Positions 46,938 through 56,491 are shown, counted from the stretch's first letter. The stretch is DNA of 64,000 nt from Deltaproteobacteria bacterium (GCA_021813445.1 JAKAKP010000144.1:30447-94446), one strand, 5' to 3'. The notes: generated by a model from the sequence alone, not told the origin. Numbers and translations are program-made.

Positions 46938-47874
46938 AGAAAGCACCCGGGTCGAATACGGCAAGGCCCTGCTGCAATTGGGAGAAGAAAACTCGGATAT
47001 CGTGGCCCTGGACGCGGATCTGTCCGGCTCCACGCAGACGAAGCATTTTGCCAAGGCCTACCCCGATCGCTTCTTTAATATGGGGGTGGCCGAGCAGGAC
47101 CTGCTGGGCACCGCCGCCGGGCTGGCCCTGGGGGGGAAGATTCCCTTCGCCAGCACCTTCGCCATGTTTGCCACCGGCCGGGCCTGGGAGCAGATCCGCC
47201 AGAGCATTGCCTACGCCAAGCTCAACGTCAAGATCGTGGCCAGCCACGGGGGCGTCAGCGTCGGCGAAGACGGCGGCTCCCACCAGGCCGTGGAAGACCT
47301 GGCACTGATGCGCATCCTCCCCAATATGGTGGTCCTGGTGCCGGCGGACGGTCCGGAAACCCGGGCCATGGTGCGTTGGGCCGCTGCTTATCAGGGGCCG
47401 GTGTACATCCGCACCGGGCGCATGGCCTTTCCCGTGATTTTTCCGGAGAGCCATCGCTTTGAGCTGGGCCGGGGCCAGATCTTGCGGGAAGGAGAGGACG
47501 TCACCCTGGCGGGTATCGGCCTGATGGTGCATCATTGCCTGGAAGCCGCCGACTTGCTGGCCCAGGAGGGGGTCTCCGCCCGGGTCCTCAACCTCTCCTG
47601 CTTGAAACCTTTGGACTGGCAGGTGGTGGTAGACTCCGCTAAGCGCACCGGGGCCCTGGTCACCGCCGAAGAGCACATGGCCACCGGCGGGTTGGGCAGC
47701 GCGGTGAGTGAAGTGTTGGCCGAACACCATCCCGCGCCCCTGCAACGCGTCGGTCTCCGGGACATCTTCGGCACCTCCGGCACCGCGGGTGAACTTTTGA
47801 AGCATTACGGCCTGATGCCCGATGATATTAAAAAAGCCGCTCTCAAGGCGATGGGGCGTAAGAGCGGCCACTGA
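46927..47874 (+). CDS. Transketolase, C-terminal (pyrimidine-binding) subunit
   Basis: FFNMGVAEQDLLGTAAGLA and HGGVSVGEDGGSHQAVEDLALMR are present. The TTG start overlaps the upstream gene. Confidence 0.9.
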   Translation: MSAKESTRVEYGKALLQLGEENSDIVALDADLSGSTQTKHFAKAYPDRFFNMGVAEQDLLGTAAGLALGGKIPFASTFAMFATGRAWEQIRQSIAYAKLNVKIVASHGGVSVGEDGGSHQAVEDLALMRILPNMVVLVPADGPETRAMVRWAAAYQGPVYIRTGRMAFPVIFPESHRFELGRGQILREGEDVTLAGIGLMVHHCLEAADLLAQEGVSARVLNLSCLKPLDWQVVVDSAKRTGALVTAEEHMATGGLGSAVSEVLAEHHPAPLQRVGLRDIFGTSGTAGELLKHYGLMPDDIKKAALKAMGRKSGH

Positions 47875-47954
47875 AAAATCTTAGCTGGGCTCGTGATTCC
47901 GGTCACCTCCATGACCTGGTTTTTCCGGCCTGCAAACGCAGAAGGGTCAGTCGA

Positions 47955-49211
47955 GTGAAACTTTCTAAGAACCAAAACCTCCGGACCAGCCGTGGTCGGC
48001 TCTCTTACCGGATATTTGCCATCTTCTTGGCCCTTTTCCTGGTTACTTCCTGGAGCGGGCCGGTGGCCGCGGCTTCCGCCCAGGACTATGAATACCTGCG
48101 GTTGCTCTCGGAAGCTTTCAACGAAATCTCTACGAAATACGTCTGGAAAAAGAGTGAAGAAGAAATGATCTACGGGTCTCTCCGGGGGCTGATGAATTCC
48201 CTGGACCCCGATTCTTCCTTTCTCACTCCCCAGGAATACCAGCAGACTTTGAGCGGGCAGAAGGGACTGGGCGCCTCAGCCGGCGTTGATTTGGTCTACA
48301 AAGACACCCTGCTCACCGTGGTCGCGGTGATGGAGGGCGGACCGGCGTGGAAGGCCGGACTGCGGCCGGGGGATCACATCCTCAAGATCGATGGGCACCT
48401 GGTCCGCAATCTCACCACCCAGGAAGCCAACCGCCGCTTCCAGGGCAAGGCGGGGACCTCGCTCAATGTGCAAGTTTTGCGCAACGGCCTGCTCAAGCCT
48501 CTGGAGTTAAAGGTTATCCTGGAGCCCCTGACTCCGCAGCAGGTAACCCATAAGATTCTGAAGGATTCTTACGCATATATCCGTATGCCTTGCTTCACTC
48601 CGGAGACGGTGATGGAATTGTCGAAGACGTTGAAGGCGCTGCAGCGGCAACGCCCGGCGCTCAAGGGCTACGTCCTCGATCTGCGCAATGATGCCTGGGG
48701 CAATATCGACCTGGCGGTACGCGCGGCTTCCCTGTTCCTGGGGGATAAAGAGGTGCTCTCCACCCGGGGGCGGCCGCCGGAGCCGAACCAGACTTATAAC
48801 GGCGTAGCCCGGGAAGAAGTCCTAAAGCCCGGCGTGCCCCTGGTAGTGCTGGTGGACGGCGGTACGGCCCGGGCTGCCGAAGTCCTGGCCGGGGCCCTCA
48901 GGGACCAGTTCCAGGCGGTGCTTCTGGGAAGCAAGACCGTGGGGCTGTGCGGGGTCACCAAGACTCTGCCCCTCCAGGACGGCTCAGCGGTGATTATGAC
49001 CGTGGCCCAATGTTACACGCCCAGCGGCCAGAAGATCCACGGCAAAGGCCTGGAACCGGAGGTCGCCGGCCAAACGCCGGTTGCCGCCAGTACCGGCGTC
49101 ACCCCGGCGGCCAAAATTCCTCCGGAGCAGGACCCCTGGGTGAACCAGGCAATTGAGATCTTGAAAAGCGGTAAGCCTCGCAAGGTAGCGGAAAAGGTGG
49201 AAAAACCATGA
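47955..49211 (+). CDS. S41 (C-terminal processing peptidase) family paralog lacking the Ser/Lys catalytic dyad
   Basis: A PDZ domain and S41 core are present. Where the intact neighbour has GSASASE and FGKGSVQ, this protein has GTARAAE (Arg codon at 48870-48872) and VGLCGVT (Leu codon at 48945-48947). Confidence 0.75.
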   Translation: MKLSKNQNLRTSRGRLSYRIFAIFLALFLVTSWSGPVAAASAQDYEYLRLLSEAFNEISTKYVWKKSEEEMIYGSLRGLMNSLDPDSSFLTPQEYQQTLSGQKGLGASAGVDLVYKDTLLTVVAVMEGGPAWKAGLRPGDHILKIDGHLVRNLTTQEANRRFQGKAGTSLNVQVLRNGLLKPLELKVILEPLTPQQVTHKILKDSYAYIRMPCFTPETVMELSKTLKALQRQRPALKGYVLDLRNDAWGNIDLAVRAASLFLGDKEVLSTRGRPPEPNQTYNGVAREEVLKPGVPLVVLVDGGTARAAEVLAGALRDQFQAVLLGSKTVGLCGVTKTLPLQDGSAVIMTVAQCYTPSGQKIHGKGLEPEVAGQTPVAASTGVTPAAKIPPEQDPWVNQAIEILKSGKPRKVAEKVEKP

Positions 49212-50584
49212 TGTGGTTCAGGAGGCGGAGAAGCACCCCGGTAACCGCCAAAACAATCTTGGGGCTCGCCTCGGGCCTGTTACTGATTTTGGTCCTCTGC
49301 GGGGGCCTGTTCCTGGCGGGTCCGGCGGCGAACGCCGGGTCCGGGTCCGCCTTCTTAAAATTGGCCTCTCTGCCGGATGCCATTTCCCCGGCTGCCGACG
49401 CCAAACTCAAGGTCCTGGCCCAGGCCCTGGCCCTGGTGGAAGAGCAGTATGTAGAGCCCAAGTCCCCCAAGGATTTGATCTACGGGACTATCCAGGGCGC
49501 AGTGAGCACTCTGGATTCCCACTCCTCTTTCATGACCCCGGAAGAATACCGGGAATTGCAGATCGAAACCAAGGGCAAGTTCAGCGGCATCGGTATCGAA
49601 ATCACCCTGAAAGACCGGATTCTGACGGTGGTCTCCCCCATTGAAGGCACTCCGGCTTACCGGGCCGGCCTCCTGGCCGGGGATCAGATCGTCAAGATCA
49701 ACGGCGCCACCACCAAGAACATGACCCTCACCGAGGCGGTGAAATCCATCCGGGGCCCCAAAGGCAGCAAGGTGGTCCTGACCATTAACCGGCACGGATT
49801 CACCCAGCCCAAGGACTTTGCCATCGTCCGGGAAATCATTCCCATCCGCAGCGTCAAAGCCCGGGTCGTCGACGGCGGCATCGGTTACGTCCGGGTGACC
49901 AACTTCCAGGACCAGACCGACTCCGACCTGCATGCCTACCTGGTCAAGATGCACCAGCGCCTCACTCCCTTTAAAGGCCTGATCCTGGACCTGCGCAACG
50001 ATCCCGGGGGCCTGCTGGAGCAAGCGGTGCGGGTGGCGGATGAATTCCTCAACTCCGGCCTGATCGTCTATACGGAAGGGCGCAGCGCCCATCAGAGCAT
50101 GCGTTTTTACGCCCACCCCGGGGAAAAAACCGGGGTGCCCATCCCCATGGTGGTCTTGATTAATGAAGGCAGCGCCTCGGCCTCGGAAATCGTAGCCGGT
50201 GCGCTCAAGGATCAGAAACGGGCCTATATCGTCGGCTCGAAGAGCTTCGGCAAGGGGTCGGTGCAAACCATCATCCCCCTGGAAGACGGCTCGGCCCTGC
50301 GCCTGACCACGGCCCTGTATTACACACCCAGCGGCATCACCATCCAGGACAAGGGCATTATCCCGGATGAAGTGGTGAAGGAGCCGGAACCCCCTGCGGG
50401 CGGCAAGGCCCTCCAGAAATTCCGGGAAGAGACTCTGACCAAGCACATGCGCAGAGAGGGACTCACGGATAAGCCCTGGACCCAGCCCATCACCGATGCG
50501 GAGCTGAATCAGGATCCCCAGCTGAAGCGGGCCGTGGAAATTCTTAAAAACTGGCCTCCCAAGAAGATGGCCCAGGCTAAGTGA
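49208..50584 (+). CDS. S41 family C-terminal processing peptidase (intact)
   Basis: PDZ domain, LDLRNDPGG, EGSASASEIVAGAL and SFGKGSVQ are present. ATGA overlap with the upstream paralog. Confidence 0.88.
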   Translation: MMWFRRRRSTPVTAKTILGLASGLLLILVLCGGLFLAGPAANAGSGSAFLKLASLPDAISPAADAKLKVLAQALALVEEQYVEPKSPKDLIYGTIQGAVSTLDSHSSFMTPEEYRELQIETKGKFSGIGIEITLKDRILTVVSPIEGTPAYRAGLLAGDQIVKINGATTKNMTLTEAVKSIRGPKGSKVVLTINRHGFTQPKDFAIVREIIPIRSVKARVVDGGIGYVRVTNFQDQTDSDLHAYLVKMHQRLTPFKGLILDLRNDPGGLLEQAVRVADEFLNSGLIVYTEGRSAHQSMRFYAHPGEKTGVPIPMVVLINEGSASASEIVAGALKDQKRAYIVGSKSFGKGSVQTIIPLEDGSALRLTTALYYTPSGITIQDKGIIPDEVVKEPEPPAGGKALQKFREETLTKHMRREGLTDKPWTQPITDAELNQDPQLKRAVEILKNWPPKKMAQAK

Positions 50585-50585
50585 G

Positions 50586-50827
50586 GGTTTTCGGTTTTCG
50601 GTAAAAACCAAGGACCTTTTGGATAATTTGAGGGGGAATGATCTAATCATTCCCCTTTTTCATAAAGAAGGCGAGGGCATTTTTTCAAGAAGTTTTCATC
50701 CTTGGTATCCTCTTCCCTCTTAAGCATCCTTAACTTATTATTAATAAATACAACCCCATTATTCACCCTTCGGAATTTACATGTCCGCTTCTTTTCACCG
50801 AAAACCGAAAACCGAAAACCGGAAACC
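50586..50827. repeat. Inverted pair of heptamer arrays (GGTTTTC x2-3 at 50586-50606; CCGAAAA x3 plus CCGGAAA at 50798-50827) flanking an AT-rich spacer
   Basis: Read directly. The arrays are reverse-complementary to each other. Confidence 0.8.
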
Positions 50828-52154
50828 ATCAAGCCCGCAAGGCCTGGTGGCCATCATCGGCCGGGCCAATGTGGGGAAGTCCACCCTCTTTAACCGCCTG
50901 ACCCGCACTTCCCAGGCCCTGGTGGCGGATTTTCCCGGGGTGACCCGGGATCGCCTCTATGGGACCGTGGACTGGGAAGACCACGCCTTCCTGCTGGTGG
51001 ACACCGGCGGCCTGGTGGGAGGTGAGGAGGAACTGGGGGAATTGGTGCGCCGCCAGGCCGCGGCCGCAGTGGCCGAAGCCGACGTCATCCTCCTGGTGAT
51101 GGACGGCAAAGAGGGCCCCCAGGCCGGGGACAGCGAGGTGATCGATTATCTGCGGCGCACCGGCAAGCCCTTTCTGCTGGTGGTCAATAAGATCGACCAC
51201 CTGGGTAGGGAGGAGCGGCTGCCGGAATTCTACCGCTTCGGCATCGACCCCTTGTTCCCCGTAGCCGCCGCCCACGGGCTGGGCCTCGAAACCCTGCTGG
51301 CGGCCCTGGTCCGGAAACTCCCCGGTCCCGAAGAAACCGCGGCTCCGCCCCTGCCGGGCATCCGGGTGGCCATCCTGGGCCGGCCCAATGTGGGGAAATC
51401 CTCCCTGGTCAATCGTTTATTGGGAGAAGAGCGTCTCCTGGTCAGTCCCCTGCCGGGAACCACCCGGGATATCGTGGACACGCCTTTAACCTGGCAGGGC
51501 CAGGATTATGTCCTGGTGGACACCGCGGGGCTCCGCCGACCCAGTCAGGTTGCAGCCGGACTGGAGCGGCAAATGGCGCTGAAGGCCATCAAAACCATAG
51601 CCCGGGCGGAAGTGGCACTGCTGCTGCTGGACGCCCAGAAGGGGCTGACTCAACAAGACCTGCGCATCGCCCGGCTCATAGAGGAGCAGGGCAAGGGTTG
51701 CCTGATTCTGATCAATAAATGGGACCTGATGCAACCGGACCCCCGGCAGGCTCAAAAGGTCCGGGAACAGGTGGCCGCGGACCTGGAGTTCATGGCCCAC
51801 GTCCCGGTGCTGCCAATCTCCGCTAAAACCGGCTATCACCTGGCCCGGATTTTTCCCCTGGTCAACGCTATCCACGACCAGAGCCAACGCCGGGTGGCCA
51901 CCCGGGAACTAAATCTGCTCCTGAAAGAGATCACCGACCGGGTTGCTCCGCCTCGCTACCGGGACCGGCCGGTAAAATTCCTTTACCTGACCCAGGCCGA
52001 AATCCAGCCCCCCACCTTCATCGCCTTTGTGAACCAGCCCGCCGGAGTCAAGGACTCCTACCGCCGCTATCTGCTGAAACAATTACGGGAAAGGCTAAAA
52101 CTGCCCTACACGCCGCTGCGGCTCTACCTGAAAGGCAGAAAACGCCGGGATTAA
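50781..52154 (+). CDS. der: Ribosome-biogenesis GTPase Der (EngA)
   Basis: Two G domains (GRANVGKSTLFN and GRPNVGKSSLVN) plus a KH-like C-terminus. The ORF-track N-terminus (KPKTENRKP) is heptamer-encoded, and the in-frame GTG at 50847 gives a more canonical start. Confidence 0.9.
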   Translation: MSASFHRKPKTENRKPSSPQGLVAIIGRANVGKSTLFNRLTRTSQALVADFPGVTRDRLYGTVDWEDHAFLLVDTGGLVGGEEELGELVRRQAAAAVAEADVILLVMDGKEGPQAGDSEVIDYLRRTGKPFLLVVNKIDHLGREERLPEFYRFGIDPLFPVAAAHGLGLETLLAALVRKLPGPEETAAPPLPGIRVAILGRPNVGKSSLVNRLLGEERLLVSPLPGTTRDIVDTPLTWQGQDYVLVDTAGLRRPSQVAAGLERQMALKAIKTIARAEVALLLLDAQKGLTQQDLRIARLIEEQGKGCLILINKWDLMQPDPRQAQKVREQVAADLEFMAHVPVLPISAKTGYHLARIFPLVNAIHDQSQRRVATRELNLLLKEITDRVAPPRYRDRPVKFLYLTQAEIQPPTFIAFVNQPAGVKDSYRRYLLKQLRERLKLPYTPLRLYLKGRKRRD

Positions 52155-52357
52155 GATTAACCACAGAGACACGGAGAGCACAAAGGTTCACAGAGAAAAA
52201 TATCCTCTGTCCTCTGCCTCCCAGCTAATGCAGATGTGAATTCAAAGAGATAAAAAAATGAGGGAAAAACAGGATAATGAAATAGTGATCCCTGCCCCTT
52301 CCCTCTGCTGCCGGTAAAGAGGCCATTTGGGAAATAGCCGAGTTTTGCCAGGGAGTT

Positions 52358-52609
52358 TTAAACTTTTACCAGTCTTAGTGTGGGGCGTCCGCCCTGTTGG
52401 CGCTCCGTCTTGGCCGTATTTCCTCGTTTCAGGGCGTTTTTGACCCGGACCCCGTTAATCAGGAAGTAGGCGATCACCGCCCGTTCCCAGGCGGGAGAGA
52501 TCTCCAACTGCTCCATGCGGGATTTGAAATAATTAAGCAATTCATTGAGGTCCGGTTCATCGTAGGCTAGTACTCGGTCAGCTAAGCGTTCAATGGCTTC
52601 AGCGATCAT
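52358..52609 (-). CDS. Hypothetical small protein
   Basis: The ORF is open to 52681. The internal Met at 52609 gives an 83-aa helical protein. No family was recognised. Confidence 0.35.
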   Translation of the reverse strand: MIAEAIERLADRVLAYDEPDLNELLNYFKSRMEQLEISPAWERAVIAYFLINGVRVKNALKRGNTAKTERQQGGRPTLRLVKV

Positions 52610-52706
52610 GAATGCGGTTTTTTTCCTCCAACTATTTTCTGTCCCATCGCGCACCCTAAAACACATGGGACAAAAAGTCAAGCAAAAGTGTTATAAGAAA
52701 AAATGT

Positions 52707-53441
52707 TCAGGTTCCTTCTTCCTGTTCCAGGGCGGCGATCACCTGGAGCAAACGCTGCACCTCCGCCTGTAAAATCTCCTCCCCCTGGGCCCCGGTGGCC
52801 CGGGCAGGATTGCCCCACACCCCTCCGGGCCAGAAGCGCCGTTTATCCCGGACCAGGATATATTTGGGAAAGGTGGGCCATTCCTCCGGGGCCGTGCCCT
52901 TAACCAGACGGGGGTACGCGGCCAGCATCAGCGCGGTCTCCACTTCCCCGGCGTGGGAGTCGCCTTTGGTGCGCACCAGATGGGGGTTGGCCGTGAGCAC
53001 CTCCCGGAGCAGATCCAGGACGTTGACCACCGCCACCCGGATTTCCGGCAGCTCAGCCAGCAAGGTCTCCCCCGCCTCCAGGAGTGCGGCCATATGGGTG
53101 CCGCCGGCATGGCCGCTGATGATGATCAGGTTACGGAAGCCATGGCGGCAAAACTCCCGGCCCAGGTCCTTAACCAGAGCCCGCAGGGTATCCCCGGAAA
53201 TACTCACCGTGCCCGGGTGCTCCCGGGTGGAGCGGCAGATCCCGTAAAACAGCAGCGGCGCCACCACCACCGGGAGTTCCTGAGCTACCCGCCGGGCCAC
53301 CTCCAGAGCGTGGAACGCGTCCGTGCCCAGGGGCAGATGCGGCCCATGCTCCTCCAGGGAGCCCACGGGCAGGATCACCGTCCGGCTTTTCTCCCGGGCC
53401 GCCTCGAACTCTGGCATGGTCAGGTCTTGCCAGTTAGCCAT
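52707..53441 (-). CDS. Creatininase family amidohydrolase
   Basis: ILPVGSLEEHGPHLPLGTD, ISGHAGG and GDSHAGEVETA are the metal-ligand blocks of the creatininase/ArfB/MftE family. Confidence 0.8.
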   Translation of the reverse strand: MANWQDLTMPEFEAAREKSRTVILPVGSLEEHGPHLPLGTDAFHALEVARRVAQELPVVVAPLLFYGICRSTREHPGTVSISGDTLRALVKDLGREFCRHGFRNLIIISGHAGGTHMAALLEAGETLLAELPEIRVAVVNVLDLLREVLTANPHLVRTKGDSHAGEVETALMLAAYPRLVKGTAPEEWPTFPKYILVRDKRRFWPGGVWGNPARATGAQGEEILQAEVQRLLQVIAALEQEEGT

Positions 53442-53523
53442 ATACCGACAATTTCCTTATTTAATTGTAGGGCTTCGTCTTACCGGAGCCTCGGTGGTTT
53501 GAGGAATCCGCTGTCAGATCTCC

Positions 53524-54708
53524 TTAGTTACCCACGAGCAATAAATTCAAGGAACTCAGAGGATTAATCCAGCGACCCAACCTCCCGGTGTGTCCGGGGT
53601 CATGACGGAACATCGGCCAGGACGTTTCGGCCGGCCCTGCGGAACTGCCATTGATGGCGTACAAGTACCCATCCTCTGAGCCTACATAGATGGTGCCATC
53701 CCCGGCAATGACCGGAGAGGAAAAAATAATCCCCCCGGTTTTATACTGCCACCTTAGAGATCTGTCGGTATTGTAAGCATAGAGGTAAGTATCCTCGCAG
53801 CCCACATAGATGATGCCATCCTTGCCGACGGCCGGGGAGGAGGCGATCATTCCTCCCAAGAAAACATACCATAAATTGCTGCCGTTGCTCTTGTAGGCAT
53901 GGAGGGTCTTTTCATCATCGCCCACGTAGATAGTGTTATTCAAGCCAATTGCCGGGGAGGAGCGCAGGGTCAGCCGGCCCGTATTAAGCCACTTCCTAGT
54001 GCCATCGGCATTGAGGGCATAGAAGTGATTATCCGCCGAGCCCACATAGATGATGCCGTCTGCGCCAATGGCGGGGGAGGAAAACACCCCACTCGAGGTT
54101 TGATATCTCCACTTCAGGCTGCCGTCGCTCTTGAGGGCATAGAGGTACCAATCGCTCGAGCCTACATAGATGGTGCCGTCCAGGGCGATGGCTGGGGAGG
54201 AGCTTATGCTGCTGCCTGTTTGATACTTCCACTTCAGGGTGCCGCCGGGATTGAGGGCATAGAGGTACCCATCCGCCGAGCCCACGTAGATGGTACCGCC
54301 CGCGCCAATGCCCGGGGAGGAGAAAATAATACCGCCGGTTTGATACTTCCACTTCAGAGTGCCAGTAGGATTTAAGGCGTAAAGGTAAGTATCGTTAGAA
54401 CCCACATAGATGGTGCCGTCCCTGCCGATGGCCGGGGAGGAGTCTACAATACCGCCGGTTTGATATCTCCACTTCAAGTTGCCGGAGGAATCTAGGGCAT
54501 AGAGGTAAGCATCATTGGAGCCTACATAAATGGCGCCATCCCGGCCAAGGGCCGGGGAAGATCTGACCGCGGCTCCGGTTTGATACCTCCACTTCAGAGT
54601 GCCTTCGGCTGCCCCCAGGGCGGTCCCGGAGGACATCACTGCCAGAAGCGGGAGCGCCAGCAAAACACCCAAAAAGCCCTTTATCAGGAACCGGAAGATC
54701 TGTTTCAT
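53524..54708 (-). CDS. Secreted 8-bladed PQQ-like beta-propeller repeat protein
   Basis: Signal peptide after a strong [16 protein letters not shown]. There are eight ~40-aa repeats of the form G.LKW.YQTGG.I.SSPAIG.DGTIYVGS.D.YLYAL. Confidence 0.85.
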   Translation of the reverse strand: MKQIFRFLIKGFLGVLLALPLLAVMSSGTALGAAEGTLKWRYQTGAAVRSSPALGRDGAIYVGSNDAYLYALDSSGNLKWRYQTGGIVDSSPAIGRDGTIYVGSNDTYLYALNPTGTLKWKYQTGGIIFSSPGIGAGGTIYVGSADGYLYALNPGGTLKWKYQTGSSISSSPAIALDGTIYVGSSDWYLYALKSDGSLKWRYQTSSGVFSSPAIGADGIIYVGSADNHFYALNADGTRKWLNTGRLTLRSSPAIGLNNTIYVGDDEKTLHAYKSNGSNLWYVFLGGMIASSPAVGKDGIIYVGCEDTYLYAYNTDRSLRWQYKTGGIIFSSPVIAGDGTIYVGSEDGYLYAINGSSAGPAETSWPMFRHDPGHTGRLGRWINPLSSLNLLLVGN

Positions 54709-54831
54709 AACCTCCTCACCTCCAGTGACGGAAATACCAGATTGGTCAGTGGGCCAGGTCATCTGACTTCCTTAGATCATACATCCCGGGCAGTTGCCCT
54801 CAAACTTATTTCGATTCCACAACCTTTTATC

Positions 54832-56445
54832 TCAATCTTCCTCTTCATCCTCGTTGAGGAGCATATGCAAAACCCCGGGAAGGGATCTAATTTCTCCCGT
54901 AAAATCTACCCCCCACAGATTACCGATGGTATTTTCCTTGGTATCCGATGTATCGGTGGTTACTTCCTGCGATTTGAACTTATATCCGGCCTTGGTGACC
55001 TGAAGGGTATAGGAGGAATCGGAGGGCACATTGACCAGGGCGTAAATGCCCCGGTCATTGGTTTTGCCGGTATAGGTCCCGCCACCGTCCCTGGTGGCTT
55101 CCACCTTGGCATTGCTAACAGGCCGGCGCCCCGCCAGGACTCGCCCGCTGATAATCTCCCCGGTGCCGCTTTTATAAACATTATAAACACACTCCTCCAC
55201 CAGATTATAATAATCTTTGGGCAGGTCATAATCGATATTGGGCAAATTGTACCAGGCATCATATAAACCACTCCAACCCATGTTGAGATGATGGTACAAA
55301 GTCGATAAATTGTAGCCGTAGCCGTCGGCCACCACGAGATGCGCCTCGTCTTTGGCGCCTTGTTTGTCCAACCCTAATAGCACCGGCAGGGAGGCATCCA
55401 GGTTGGAGTTGATTATCCGCTTCAGGTTGGCGATGGGCATTGTGGTTTGGGTATTTGACAAGCTCGCCAGGATGGCGTTGCTATATTTGAAGGTTTTTGT
55501 TAAAGCGGGAATCGCATCTGAGGTATTGGCCTCAGACCAATCCTTGGTATATGACGTCTTCATCGCCACCCCGGCGTCATGGGTCAGGGCGCCGATGGCC
55601 TGCAGTTGCACGGGATCGGTGTCCTTGTTCGGAACCGCCGCCATATTTTTCCAATCATATGGCCCTCCTTTACCATCCCCGCCCCTGAGTTTTTCCTGTT
55701 GTTCTCTGCCATTCACCTTGATGGTGAATTCTGGCGTTCCTACCTTGTCCTCGGGGTATTCATGGTAGCGCATCAGCTGGGCCACGGCAGTGGCTGGACA
55801 ACCGCAATAATAATTGTTGGGGGTATAAAAATTGTAGCAGTTTTTTCCAGCTACTGTGGACTGATCCCATTTGCTTTTGACCATGGGATCTACCCTTAGG
55901 TCCGAAATCGTGTCAAGACCGGCCTCCTGCCCCTGGTTTTCCCGCGGGCCGGCCTCCGCCCCCAGGTTTTGCAAAGCTTGCCATTTGCTTAAGGCCTGGG
56001 CCTGCGCTCCTTCAGGCCGGAACGGAGTCCCTTCCCCCCGGGCCCGGGCTTCCGCGGCCCGGACCAGGGCCACCCGCTGGGGCACATCCTTGGTGACCCA
56101 AGCCCCCAGGGGGTTGGCGCTGGAAGGGTCATATTGTCCCTGGGGGGCGAAGGCGATAATCGGCTCCACCAGGTCGTCCCCGGGCACGATGACCAAACCC
56201 TGGGGCTCCAGGGAAACGACATAGTAGGCGACTCCCGTTTGCCCCTGAAAGGCTTGGACCTCCTTCACCTGCTGGCCCATTACGGCCCCCAGGGGTCTGC
56301 TATCCCGGGCCAACCAGCCCTGCACCACCCGTTGGGCCTGATCGGCAGTGGTGGGCGCAGCCAGCGCCGACGCCGGGAAAAACCAGAGGACCAATACAAA
56401 AACAGCCCAAGCCTTGGGAGACATCTTATTCAGAAGCTGCCGCAT
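54832..56445 (-). CDS. Peptidase C10 (streptopain-like cysteine protease) with a C-terminal carboxypeptidase-regulatory-like domain
   Basis: Signal peptide and propeptide. The catalytic Cys block CGCPATAVAQLMRYHEYP resembles SpeB GHCVATATAQIMKYH, and the His block is AHLVVADGYGY. The C-terminus ISGRVL...NDRGIYALVNVP...TLQVTKAGY is CarboxypepD_reg-like. Confidence 0.8.
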   Translation of the reverse strand: MRQLLNKMSPKAWAVFVLVLWFFPASALAAPTTADQAQRVVQGWLARDSRPLGAVMGQQVKEVQAFQGQTGVAYYVVSLEPQGLVIVPGDDLVEPIIAFAPQGQYDPSSANPLGAWVTKDVPQRVALVRAAEARARGEGTPFRPEGAQAQALSKWQALQNLGAEAGPRENQGQEAGLDTISDLRVDPMVKSKWDQSTVAGKNCYNFYTPNNYYCGCPATAVAQLMRYHEYPEDKVGTPEFTIKVNGREQQEKLRGGDGKGGPYDWKNMAAVPNKDTDPVQLQAIGALTHDAGVAMKTSYTKDWSEANTSDAIPALTKTFKYSNAILASLSNTQTTMPIANLKRIINSNLDASLPVLLGLDKQGAKDEAHLVVADGYGYNLSTLYHHLNMGWSGLYDAWYNLPNIDYDLPKDYYNLVEECVYNVYKSGTGEIISGRVLAGRRPVSNAKVEATRDGGGTYTGKTNDRGIYALVNVPSDSSYTLQVTKAGYKFKSQEVTTDTSDTKENTIGNLWGVDFTGEIRSLPGVLHMLLNEDEEED

Positions 56446-56491
56446 AGCACTTATCCCTCTATGCTTATCCTGAAAACTAAAGAACTAATTT

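Noticed and set aside
46095-47874. The two-gene transketolase as a possible disrupted gene or pseudogene.
   Set aside because: Split transketolases with N-terminal and C-terminal subunits are a well-known natural arrangement. Both halves are intact, carry the conserved motifs and are translationally coupled.
53600-54600. Regular 120-nt DNA periodicity, together with the various short tandem arrays elsewhere in the window, as a possible CRISPR array.
   Set aside because: The periodicity lies inside a continuous ORF that encodes beta-propeller blades. The heptamer arrays have no spacers. There is no repeat-spacer architecture and no cas genes in the window.
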